Positions 23,101 through 35,202 of a DNA stretch of 64,000 nucleotides are shown piece by piece; the first letter of the stretch is position 1, and every line of letters starts with the position of its first letter. The translations under genes were made by a program, and so were the position numbers. The DNA is from Mytilus edulis (Eukaryota): contig NC_092352.1 of the NCBI RefSeq assembly GCF_963676685.1, forward strand, positions 25,234,001-25,298,000. Reading direction: 5' to 3'. A model generated the notes under the pieces. It was not told the origin of the DNA. It ran no database searches and saw only the letters and a program-made list of their open reading frames with translations.

Positions 23101-26100
23101 TCCAATATACCTGTTTGTTATACACCCAGCTTTTTCACTGTATTCTGTTTAAAAGCCTTCCACAATATTCTATAATATTCTAACAAATTTAGTATGCTTA
23201 TAACAAGCATATCTTGCCCTCATGGCTTCACTGTTTTATATAAAAAAAAAATTAGGTACAGTGGTAAAATATTTGCAGTTTTTATAGTAAACAGCTTCAA
23301 AGTAAATGATTAATTGTACCAGTAGATTATAATGTTGATTCTTGATTGTAGTTGTAGTTCCTCAATACATTTGATAAAATGGCACATTAATAAAAGATAT
23401 TATTTTCTTTAAAATTAATTTTCTTTTTTGATAAATGAATTTCTGTGTATTTTTTTTCAAACACCAGTCTATGTTCAATGTTCACATATTTCCCTTAAAT
23501 TTTGAAACTGATATCACTTGAAAAACTAACAGAATGTATGTTTAATCACATTTTCTCTCTATAGCGACAGTTTACAAATATTATAAATGTTGTTATATAA
23601 TAAGTGAACATTTTTTTAAGATAAAATGTAAAAGAATTTGTAATTATTGAATGATGCAACTAAAATTGACTAAAAATGTATGGTGATTATTTAACTATTC
23701 TTTATCTATTCCCAACTAGGTCATGTTCAGTGTTATATATTAGGATATTTTATTTATTTCAGTTGAAATGCAACAGAAAAACATAGACCTAGAATCCGAC
23801 AACAGTAATTTGAATCTTAACCAAGAGAATTTCAGATTAGCATTAGATCATGCTGTGCATGTTTCAACGGAACAACAGAACCAGCTTCAGAATCTGATCA
23901 CAGACCGTGTGAACTTACAGAGGCGATTTGAACAGGCTATAGATACTGCTGAACAATTAAATACAATTAATGTACAACATGTTACTAATAATGGTCTATT
24001 GCAAAACGAGTGTACAAGGCTCATTGGAGAGAATAATCAAGTAAATACAAGATGTAATAGGTTACATCAAGATAATAGAAGAAAGGACATGCAAATTGTT
24101 GGTCTTGACAAAGAAATTGTTCAGTTGATTGTACAAGTAGCTGAAAAGGAAACTAACTTAAAACAAAAAGACACTACCATAGAACATCTGACATCACAGA
24201 ATGAACAACAAAGCACAACCATTGAACAGCAAGGCACAACCATTGAACAAAAAGACACTACCATTGAACATCTGACATCACAGAATAAGGAAAAAGATGG
24301 TAAAATTAAAGACATGAAGTGCATGAACAAAAAACTTTATAGTGATCTCCAAGAAAAACAAGAATTGTGTGTAGAAAAAGATAGGCAGCTTAAAAAACAA
24401 TGTCTAGTCATTGATGAGTTACATGTGGAAATGAGTGCTACGAATGAAAGACTTGCAAATCTGGAAAAAGGTCTTGAAAAGAAAAATAAACATATCAGTG
24501 AACAAGATAAAATGATCAGTGATTTAAATGATAAAGTACAATCTCAGGACAAAGTAAACCAAGATCTGTTTGAACAGTTACTGGAGTTAAAAAACATGTA
24601 AGTACATGTACATTTGAATTAGAGAAATACCCGTACATAAAGATGGGTTTTTTTTTAAAGTCTATAAAAATGAAGATGTTATAGCAGTCTTACATGTATT
24701 ATCATGATTATCGAGAGAAAATGTTTATTTGATAATTAGAATTCCTCTGCTGTTTGTTTCTACTTGTACTAGCAAATGACTAGTATTATACATGTAAATG
24801 TATGTTATTTAAAGAAAGTATGTCCATCATTATCAAAGTTGTAGTACATATATATTGGAAACAGAAAGATGAACAAGTTATGGAAATTATAATTATTTAG
24901 GTTTATTGCAAGTATTTGATGAATATGGTACCCAGTTTATTTATCATATTGCACAGCATATCATTTAATGAGGGATAATATAATATTTACAAATAATGAA
25001 TGCCACAAAAGGTCAGAATGGGACATCAAATTTGATGCCTTCATAAGGTAGTGTGTATGTCCATAGGCAGAAATCTCATAAGTGGCCGTGTCTAAATCCC
25101 ATTTGTCAATTAAGGAATTTGACATACTGTACATGTATATATAGATATGGCTGAAATACATATTTTATAGTTTTGTTAAACTTATTTTCAACTTGTCTAG
25201 ATTTGTTTTAGCTTAGCAAATGGTATGGACACTAGTTTATAATCGAAAAAAAAGATAACATTTATGTTTACCTCTAGAAACATTTTGGCTTTATTCAATT
25301 GTATTGAAAGAAGTAAAAAAAAATGTAAAACTGATGTCATTGACATTGTGCATAACAATACTTTTGAATAATTGTCATCATGTTCATTAGATGCAAATAT
25401 TCTTGAGATGAATGACAGATATCAAAGACCTCTGTGATCATCAAAACAAAATATGTCTAAAAGTAAAGAAGCAGTTGCAACCTTAGCATGCTCAGTTTTA
25501 GTAATATTACATAATGTATAACATACTTTTTAGCACCAGGTGATAACAGTTTATCTTCTATAATGTATCAGTTTAATGTCTTAAAATTTAAACTTATATA
25601 CTTGAACCTTACATTTAGTGCTACATGTATTCTCCTTCTCATTAAAGTGGAAATGAAGACACCTGAATGGTTTAAATTCTAATTTTATTTTTCACTTCAT
25701 ACCAAAATCACATCCATAAAAAGTCTAAATTGTGTTAAAGTATTTTTAATGTGTTTTTTTTGTATCAGGTTCAGTATTAGACTGTATCATGTAGTTAAGG
25801 AAATATGATAGAAATATGCAAAACAAAAGACGGTGTGCTTGCATTGTCCATTTTTGTTAAGCCGTTCCTAAAACACTGATTACTTGTACAAAAAAATCTG
25901 TACAAATTATAATTTGTACAACATAACAACTTGTACACAACATATATATAGTAGAAGTTCATATAATAACAAAATACAAAATGTATATACATGATATGAA
26001 TATTTAAAAAGTCTAAATAGAAAACTACGTTCAAACCTTGAATATTATATATAAAACTGTGAAAACATCACATGTACATGTATTATTTTTCATTGTAGGT

Positions 26101-26162
26101 TACTAACTGTGAACCAGCGACAAGAGGCAGCAGAATCAAACAAGAAAACCTCTTCATCATGA
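17144..26162 (+). CDS. Uncharacterised coiled-coil protein, 7 coding exons, about 431 aa
   Basis: Phase-consistent GT-AG exons: 17144-17153, 20260-20334, 20828-20977, 21716-21826, 22825-22875 (alternative donor 22899), 23763-24597, 26099-26162. They give one open frame MASEIEQDTSNRT...GELPKDFRLIADIQELIE...DWSTLPS...GRIPALRDFRVFILQWQ-VEMQQKN..(heptad-rich)..KN-MLLTVNQRQEAAESNKKTSSS*. Exon 1 and the last exon are the least certain. Confidence 0.8.
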
Positions 26163-29100
26163 AGTCACCCAGTGTACAGACATTTTATATTATCAATCTA
26201 TTTTGTGTTATGCTTCATTTGTTCATTTAAATGCACTGTGAAAAATATTTGTACATGTTTCATTTTATCAAACCAAATACATTTGTAATTTGTTATAAAA
26301 ATATCTGCTGGGCAGATTTTAAGTTAAACTTTAAGTATTTATTAATTGATGTTGTTAAGATTGTTACTGAAGTCAGCACTTTTTTTTCAATGCATTTACT
26401 TTATCATGGTTTTGAAGTATCTGTTATATATTTGAGTAATAGAGAACATCAGTAAATTGTCTTAAGTAATTTTGATATGCAATTTTAATAATAAAATTTT
26501 ATACATCATGTACATGTACATTTTTAACATTATTTTTAAAATTCCAGAATGAACTATTTTTATTAAATTAATTATTGAGTGTTTTCCTAAATGAACTACG
26601 ATTTATCTATTTAATGTTTTCACATTTTTCATGTTATGGACTAATTTCAGTCATACAATTAAAAAAAAAGAAAAAGGGTAATATATTGTATGCTTTAACC
26701 ATATGAAAAATATTTTTAAGAAAACTGAAATAAATCTGTGGCTTTTATTAAAAAATCTTATAATTTCATTTTAAAGGGGAGACAATTTGCTGTTATAAAT
26801 ATTTCTAGCCATCATGCATTATTCAATTTACAAAAAGAATCATAAGCAATTTAAAAGGCAGCAATTACAGATACATAAACATCTTTTCATAAATAAAATA
26901 AATCTATCATTTACTAATACCATTATCCACCTGCTGAAATCTCCATTTCTTGATTCTGACATTCTTTTTAATAAGATTCATGTATTTATGTATTTTTTTT
27001 AATTTACAGTTTTTTAAATGTGGTTACTATCTCAGCCTGATGTAGATAACTTTTAATGCCATATATATGAATTGTATATATATTTATTTATAATTGTTGT
27101 ATTTAATCGGAAACTTGGTTAGCTGATGTAAATAAATAACATTGAAATGGTATAAACATTAACTCAAATGTTTACAATACTGTAGTAATCTAGTTTTGGG
27201 GCATTTTAGTTAATGCAAATTAAGTGCAAAACATTATACTGTGTGCTAAACATGTTATTATGAACTGACGTAGTACAGACACTGGTGAAATAGTGTCTCT
27301 CTGTATATAAATCTAGATATTTCTTAAAGTGCTTCATTGTTTAGAACAAAAATAACCAATGAATGTCTATGTTTTGTACAAACATTGTTTTCAACTTTTT
27401 TCAGAACATTTAAAATTCAACCAACCCAACCTATCATGTTTAAAACTTGAGGAACAACAGATCTTTTTGGTTGTTTTAATGGTCAGTAGGACTTTAAAAA
27501 TGGCATTAAAATTTAGTTTAAACCTAAATACTTTTTAAAGCTTTGTAAATATCAATGTAGAATTGTGTATATAATGTAGTGTTTTTACGTTTTTGCTTCA
27601 AATACAATGAACCAATCATGCATATTTAATAAAATATCTAGATTATTGTTGGTAATATTTTATACAAAATGCATCCTTTAACTAAATTACAACCAAACAA
27701 ATTTCTTTGGCAATTTCGTTTGGTATGATTTTTTGTTCTAATGTTTGTTTTACCTATTGAATATGTACTGGTAGTCTATAATTTACTATTGGTTTTTTAT
27801 TATTTTTATTGAATTTAAGTCTGTTAAAGAAAAATACAGTTTAAAAATTACAAATGTTTTATTTTAATGTAGGCAATATAGGAAAGGTGTACTGACATAA
27901 GTGGTCTCTAAACACAATAACTCCAAATGGGAGTTTTATTTTAATGTAATTGAATGATGGTAATAAACTTTCAGTTTTGTTAAATTTCTCCTTTCTGGGG
28001 AATATATTCTATATAATATATTGGACAAGTCTTAACACAGTTAATTGAATTATTTTTCTACTGCACATTGGAAGGTAAAGCCAATATAAACTTCCCTTAT
28101 TTTTACCATAACCAATTTTGAAGGGATACCAATATTTTTTTTATCAATATTGCAATTCATTACTAGCACATTTAGTGCTTCATTTATTTTACAATTTTTT
28201 TTAGTCAGTTATATTAGTGTTTTAAAGGAAATTTCCATCCTACCTAAATGTGTTCAGTTAGTTTTTAGATTCAGGTATTTCCATGTCCATATTTGTTTTC
28301 AAACTACACGAATTTTTCGTGTCATTCTGATATCACTTCATAAGGCATTACCTGAAAAGCATTCAGTAACTATTTATAAATTTTGAGGCCTTGTCTTTAG
28401 ACATTATCATATCATCATAATAAGTGTTTGTATTTTAACAGATATTTCTTCCTTTTTTTCGTGACAGCTGAAAATAGCATGTATCATGAATTTTAATAAC
28501 CATATTGCTGTTTTTCGTTTATTTTAAATTTGACCAGTCTTTTCTAAAGTTTTGTAGATGTTTAGATATACATTTAAAAAATTCTTTATTCTTAACACAC
28601 CTTTTGTGCTAAAACTTGGTTTTTTTTTGAAAGGGATTATTTTTCAGTTCTATTGATGACCAAGTTTTATTCCACTAGTTAATGTAAAGTTGAATGGAGA
28701 TATTATTTTAATCTGTTGATTTATATCTTAGCAGAGGCAACTCTTTTGATTTATCAAAAATATACTTGTTTGAGATTGTATGTGAACATTTATTTGTAAT
28801 GAGGGTCAGATAAGTTCATGGTACAGCCATAAACATTTCCATTCGATAAATTATATTGTCATTGTATTTGTATTTTTATAAGTGTATTTTTATTTTAATT
28901 GTTAAAATTTGTCCAAAAAAATCATTGATAAAATCAGACTGACAGCAAAATAGTAACTATCTTTGGCAAAAAGAAATGTTGAAATTTAAATGTTCCATAT
29001 TTTAAATGGATAGATATGAATGCAGTTATATAAATGATGAACTGAAACAAACTTTTGAAATTATTTCTGTCTATTTCTTGTTTCTTTGTACATTTGCACA

Positions 29101-29816
29101 TATTGTAAATATGTAATTATGTAAATATGTTAATAGTAATGAAAAGTCATAGAGTATTTATATACACATATTTTTGTGAAGAGTCATTGCTTACTAGATT
29201 TTTCTATATTCTATATTTTCCAGAAATTCATATGAAGAATGTTTTAATTTCTTTCTTTTTTTCACTTTTAATCTCAACATGTATGGTCAAGCTATTTTCA
29301 AAGGTGAATATTAATTTGAAAAACAATAAAAAGTGAGATTGCCATGTAAGCTTTCATAGTAATTGAAATATATTTTGTTCAAAAAGATTTAAATATATTT
29401 TGCATTCCTTTGGTTACTAAAATTAAACAGGTTTTCCTTGAAAAAAAGAAATTTATAAAATAAAAAATATACTTGGAAGTATATAAGCCCTAAAACAGTA
29501 AACAGACAGTTTACACATGGATTTTAGTAGAACCAACATGTGTAGTGTGGTGTAATTCTTCTTTGTTTTATTCTCACAAATCTTTCTATATTTTAATGTT
29601 TTCAATTTTACATGACATGCATTTCTATAGTTTTAGTGCTAATATATTTACTTGTCATCAATTTTACTATTGCAATAAATATATATAACGATAAAAGTAT
29701 TCTTTTTGTATATACAGTTTTATGCAATCACAAATTAATAACAGGAGTTGATCTATATACTTCTATAAAAAGCATTAAGGTGTTTGTCATATTTAAATGG
29801 CAATAAGAACAATCAT

Positions 29817-29868
29817 ATTTTTATGCCCAATTTATGGGCATCATGTTTTCTAGTCTGTGATCGTCCGT
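29817..29868 (-). repeat. Terminal fragment of a Helentron-associated (HINE/pearl-like) element
   Basis: tttttatgccc..gggcat.atgttttct.gtctgtg..cgtccgtc resembles the reverse complement of 46960-47028. Confidence 0.55.
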
Positions 29869-30165
29869 CATAAAACTTTGCTCAGTGATCAAAGCACAAA
29901 AATCATGCTCGAATCATGAAATCCAGCATTTTGATTGGTTGATTTTGGAGAATGACTACAAAAAACTGACTTAAACTTGGCTTATGCACTCAAGCAGTTC
30001 TGTAGTTTTTTGTGTCAACTCTTATTAGACATATAACACCGAAGTGCATAATGAAGACTAACATGAAATAATGACAAATTGAGACTGTGAACATGTATCA
30101 TGCAAATTGGCAGCCTGCAGATCTGACCAAATGGACATTTTTCAATTTGAAGATGAAGTGTTTTA

Positions 30166-30421
30166 GGCAGCAACCATTTGATTTTCTGGGGGGGGCTATG
30201 GTTTTTTTTTCTGGACAAATTATTTTTTTCGTGACAAGTCGAAAACAATTTTTTTCTTTCAATTTTAGCATTACATATAGTGGCAGCTGAGGGTGAAACA
30301 AACATTTTTTTTTTCTCAGAATCAAAAACAAATTATTTTTTTCTCCAAAAACTGGAAACAAACTTTTTTTTTCCAAAAAAAAACATAGCCCCCCCCCCCA
30401 GAAAATCAAATGGTTGCTGCC
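30166..30421. mobile_element. MITE, PIF/Harbinger (Tourist)-like
   Basis: ~35-bp TIRs ggcagcaaccatttgattttctggggggggctatg / catagcccccccccccagaaaatcaaatggttgctgcc; flanks tta / ttt (imperfect 3-bp TSD); non-coding. Confidence 0.85.
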
Positions 30422-30892
30422 TTTATAGTTTCAGTATTTTCTGCGGATAAATCATTGTCTAGATGATGTGGCCTTTTCATGATTGGCTCTCTGTCCTTTT
30501 GAAATTCTAGCTGGAACACTGGGATCTTTAATTATAAGGTCAATTATAGAAAAGGCAAATAGACTATTAACGATTAGATTTTAAAGAGAGAAATTTATGA
30601 ATTACTGAAAAATTATTACACCAGGGTTTTAGATATCACAAACTAGTCAAAACATTTACTAAATTTTATCATCGGTATAAGGACATCATTGGTAAATATA
30701 GCTCAACATGCAGACTTCTTATACGTTCAGGTATTTCACATCCAATTTTTTATGGAAATATTCTTTATAAAGCACAAAGGTGTCAGTATTCACCTCAAAA
30801 ACTAACAAAACATTTGAATAGACTTATTAAGAAGGGATATAGTTACGATACTGTTGTCAGGTCATTAAAGATTGCATATTTTGGCGTTAATA

Positions 30893-31565
30893 TTGATTCA
30901 CTTATAGGGTCTTTGCATCGGAACTAAACACATTTATTCAAAAACCAGTTGTTGGCATGACACGGGTTATGTTCTTCTCATATATGTTATGATGGTATGA
31001 TACTAAACCCCTAACAGGAAGGATTGTGCCTGATGTTCATATGATGAAATCATAATCTTTCAGTCAGTTTAATTGAAGTCTGGAGCTGGCATGTCAGTTA
31101 ACTGCTAGTAGTCTGTTGTTATTTATGTATTATTGTCATTTTGTTTATTTTCTTTGGTTACATCTTCTGACATCAGACTCGGACTTCTCTTGAACTGAAT
31201 TTTAATGTGCGTATTGTTATGCGTTTACTTTTCTACATTGGCTAGAGGTATAGGGGGAGGGTTGAGATCTCACAAACATGTTTAACCCCGCCGCATTTTT
31301 GCGCCTGTCCCAAGTCAGGAGCCTCTAGCCTTTGTTAGTCTTGTATTATTTTAATTTTAGTTTCTTGTGTACAATTTTGAAATTAGTATGGCGTTCATTA
31401 TCACTGAACTAGTATATATTTGTTTAGGGGCCAATTGAATGACGCCTCCGGGTGCGGGAATCCTCGCTACATTGAAGACCTGTTGGTGACCTTCTGCTGT
31501 TGTTTTTTTCTATGGTCGGGTTGTTGTCTCTTTGGCACATTCCCCATTTCCATTCTCAATTTTAT
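30893..31565 (+). repeat. Long copy of an abundant non-coding interspersed repeat
   Basis: CpG-retaining island within a CpG-poor region. Its 3' 140 bp match 15813-15950 and it carries the shared cctgtcccaagtcagg module. The left boundary is approximate. Confidence 0.75.
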
Positions 31566-31933
31566 TAATTATTGGTCACTTTTTTGCTCATGATTAGAAG
31601 TTTCACGTTTATTCCATACTTTCAACCTATAATGCTGCAATTCCTTACTAAGAAAAATCCCAAATGTGTATATTGCTTTTTGTTTATGTCAATTTAAAAT
31701 AACACTTGACTTCCTCATGACAGAACAAGAATATCTGTACATTGGAACCAATGTCTACCTCACACTTTTCACCTTCACTAAATCACAAAATCTGGATCAA
31801 AACCTCTTTAAACTACCTTAAAACTAAAACTTTAATATGATGTGTATTAAAATACACTAGAAAAAATGCTCCCTGTTATGTATGGAGAGCATTAAATATT
31901 CCCCAGGCACATGAACAATAACGAGTACCTTAA

Positions 31934-32213
31934 GGGAGCTACCATTTGATTTTTATGGGGGGGCTAGGATGAAAAATTTTGTCCTGCATTTTTTTTAGTT
32001 GTAATCTCTGTCCTGCCTTTTTATTTTTAACTCTATTCGGTCCTGCCTTTTTTTTTTAGTTTATCCTGACTTTTTTTTACCTAAATTGTCATCCTGACTT
32101 TTTTTTTTTGCAAGTGTCTTATCCTGCCTTTTTTTTTAATTCAAAATTCCTGTCCTGCCTATTTTTTTCAAATTTCATCCTAGCCCCCCCATAAAAATCA
32201 AATGGTAGCTCCC
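31934..32213. mobile_element. MITE, PIF/Harbinger (Tourist)-like, with perfect TAA target-site duplication
   Basis: TAA|gggagctaccatttgatttttatgggggggctaggatgaaa ... tttcatcctagcccccccataaaaatcaaatggtagctccc|TAA, with internal tcctg[c/a]c(t)n subrepeats. Confidence 0.92.
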
Positions 32214-35202
32214 TAACTCTTAAAAATAATAAAACAGTTTCATAAATTTTTTGTTCACATTGAGTACAGACATACAGGGATAAAATGCCACTTTCTTTGT
32301 AAATGCTTAACTTCTCATTTTCCAATTTTGGTTTGCTTGAATATTTAGAGATGTGGTATTATTGCCAATGAGTCATCTGTCCACCTTGAGACCAATTGAT
32401 GTAGATACAAGCAACTATAGATCATTATATAGCTGTCAACATTATGAGCCAAACTCATACTCTATAGTAAGTTTTAAATGGTCTGGCAGAAAAAATGTGA
32501 AATAATTTAAAAAAAAAAAAAAAAAAACCCAATAGCCTGATCTATGCTAGAAGTAAAACAAATATGACTGAGATCAACCAATGACAACTAAAACATTCAA
32601 AGAGTTTTTAACATTCCAAAATAATTTTTCAAATATTTTCATATTGCTTTCTGAAGACAAAATAGCGTTAAGGGAATATTAAATTTCAGGGCAAAAAGAT
32701 AGAACACTTATTAGAGCTGAGATTAAGTGAAGAAATAGACATTAGCTAAATTGGAAATCCAGCAACATCCATAAAGTACTGCTAACCATATTCAAATATT
32801 AAAACTGACATCCTTTTGATTTTTCAGGATTGAGAATTTTGAAAAAATAACTTGGTCTGGTAAAAAGTAAAGTATTAAGATTAAAATAAATGATCAATCT
32901 CCAAGATTTCTCTTCCCCTGAAATATTATTGATTGTGTAGACATGTGGTGCACAGTATATCTGTTTTATGGAAATTTCGACTGAGGCTGAGACTATAACC
33001 ACATAGAAGTAGAAGAATTTGATTTACAGTATATTTCTCTTTAAAAGTATCAATAGCACATGCAAACTTCATTACAAATTACCTAGAACATACTATGTAT
33101 TATAGCTGAAACAAGTATACTATCAATATATTATGTCCCAGGTTATAGCAGTCTCAGAAATTACATGTACTTTTAACAAATCATGCAGGTGCACTCGACT
33201 CCAATCATAATTGACAAGGATTGTCAGTTTTCCTATCAAAGGTTGGTAGTTTTCTACGGGCACTCCAGCTTCCTCAACCAATAAAAACTGGCGACCACCT
33301 AATAGCAAAATTGCAGTGCTTAAAAGTTGCGTAAAAATATCTTAAAACACCAAAAAACAAAAAACAAAAAAATACTTTTTAAAAACACCTACAATATAAA
33401 AAAGGGCAACTTTTGAAATATTTGATTACTAAATATAAATAAGAAATAATCAGATAAAATTATGTCGATTACAGTCATTACAGGTCATGTATATATGTGA
33501 GAAACTAGTTAAGCTTCTGTGGATAATTGATGTGTTCCTTATCATTAGGGAGGATTTACAGGCAAGTAGATGCATTCACACATGTTGCAGTCGTTTCTCT
33601 CCCCTTCCCATATAGTTCCCAAAACTAAAAGAGAAAGCAAAAACAAAGGTTAGATTATTGGAGTAAGATAATGGATATTGTCACTCACAGTTAGTTCCCA
33701 ATATAAATTTACTATCTAATAAGTATGACTAAGTGGGGATATGTGGGTGCCATCTGGAACTCTAACCCATATATGTGTTATGATGGTCGACTACCCAAAA
33801 AATGGGCGTAGCTAGGTATCCAATAAACTATACTCTATAGGCACAAATTGTGGCAGGCCCACAGCAGGTTTAGGGAAGAGCATTGGTAGGGGTTGAAGCC
33901 CCGTACAACAGAAAACGTTTTTTCAGCATCTTAGTTGCAAAATTTGGTGTACAAAAACATTTAGGCTACTGGTTATTTTATTTCATTTGGATCAGCATAG
34001 CCCTTTATTAAGCAGCAGAACCTGTTTCTGCTTCAGTATAATTAAAATATACGTCAATTGATAGTACATATTGATGAGCCTACATTAAAAAAAAGAAATA
34101 GATAAATAAACACTGAGACTACCATAATATTACTATCTTTTGGACTGCATGTCCACCATTCATCTTTTGATTCTTAAACCTTCACCCTTCCCTGGCCTCA
34201 CAAACACATACACAGTCAATATGTCATGCTGAAGTTCTGTTATGTTCTGTTCATACTATCTAACAAAATTTAGACTGACCCTTGTTTGTGCCCCCCAACC
34301 CTAACTTTTTTATGGCATCAGCCAAAAAAAAAAAAAAAATCTGGAATTTCAGCTTTTTCCCTGGCCGATTTGCATTTTATTGTATTTTTAAAAATCGATT
34401 TCCCATGTGTAAAAAAAAAACAAAAAAAACTTCTTACTTACCCTTATTTTAAAAAGGATGTTACTGGAAAAACACATATTTTTTTTAGGCCTAATTATGA
34501 AAAAATCATTTTTAGAAGTGAAATAATTTTTTTTTTGGCCCACAACATACATGAATCAGTAGAATATTAAGGTGGAATATATGATGACATACAGTTCCAA
34601 TGCTCTACTGATTCACTAAGGATAATAGAAAAGGGTTTTGACGACTTCACATGCATCTACATGCAGACATGAAAGACAGATAAGTTAACATTGCTTATTA
34701 ATTTTTTAAATAAACCAAAATTGGTGAGAAAAAATTATATGTAGGCATGTGACTAAAGTGTCTAACAGCAGCTACATGCCTGCCATATATAACTTCTATA
34801 ATTGTATATTATCAATTATCATGTATATGGATAGTTGACCTTCATAACACATACATGTATGTTGTCTGAAAAGAAGAGGAACAGTTTTATCACAAAGTTT
34901 TTACATTCTCAAAAGTGTATGTAGATTTTAAGTATATTTATTCTTTATGTTCTTAGAGTCTAATTTTGTGTATGAAGATAGAATTTCTTTGAAATCTTTG
35001 CAATGGAACCTAAGAGTTTTATTGACAAATACTAAATAATTTCTAATCTACAATCTATTATTTTATCTTTAGTTTCAGTTGAATTTAAATGAATCATTCT
35101 GTTTTCAGAGCAATAAATAATGAAATGAGAGATATTGGAATGCAACATTATAGTGCACTGTAAGAGAGAAATTGGCAAAATATACAACTCACAGAATTAG
35201 AG

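Noticed and set aside
25769-25808. Alternative last exon of the coiled-coil gene (MFSIRLYHVVKEI*)
   Set aside because: The acceptor is plausible, but any phase gives a short terminal frame; 26099-26162 continues the helical composition better. Not supportable without transcripts.
32828-32859. Small upstream exon of the zinc-finger gene
   Set aside because: AG and GT are present but the donor (gtaaaa) is weak and nothing else supports it.
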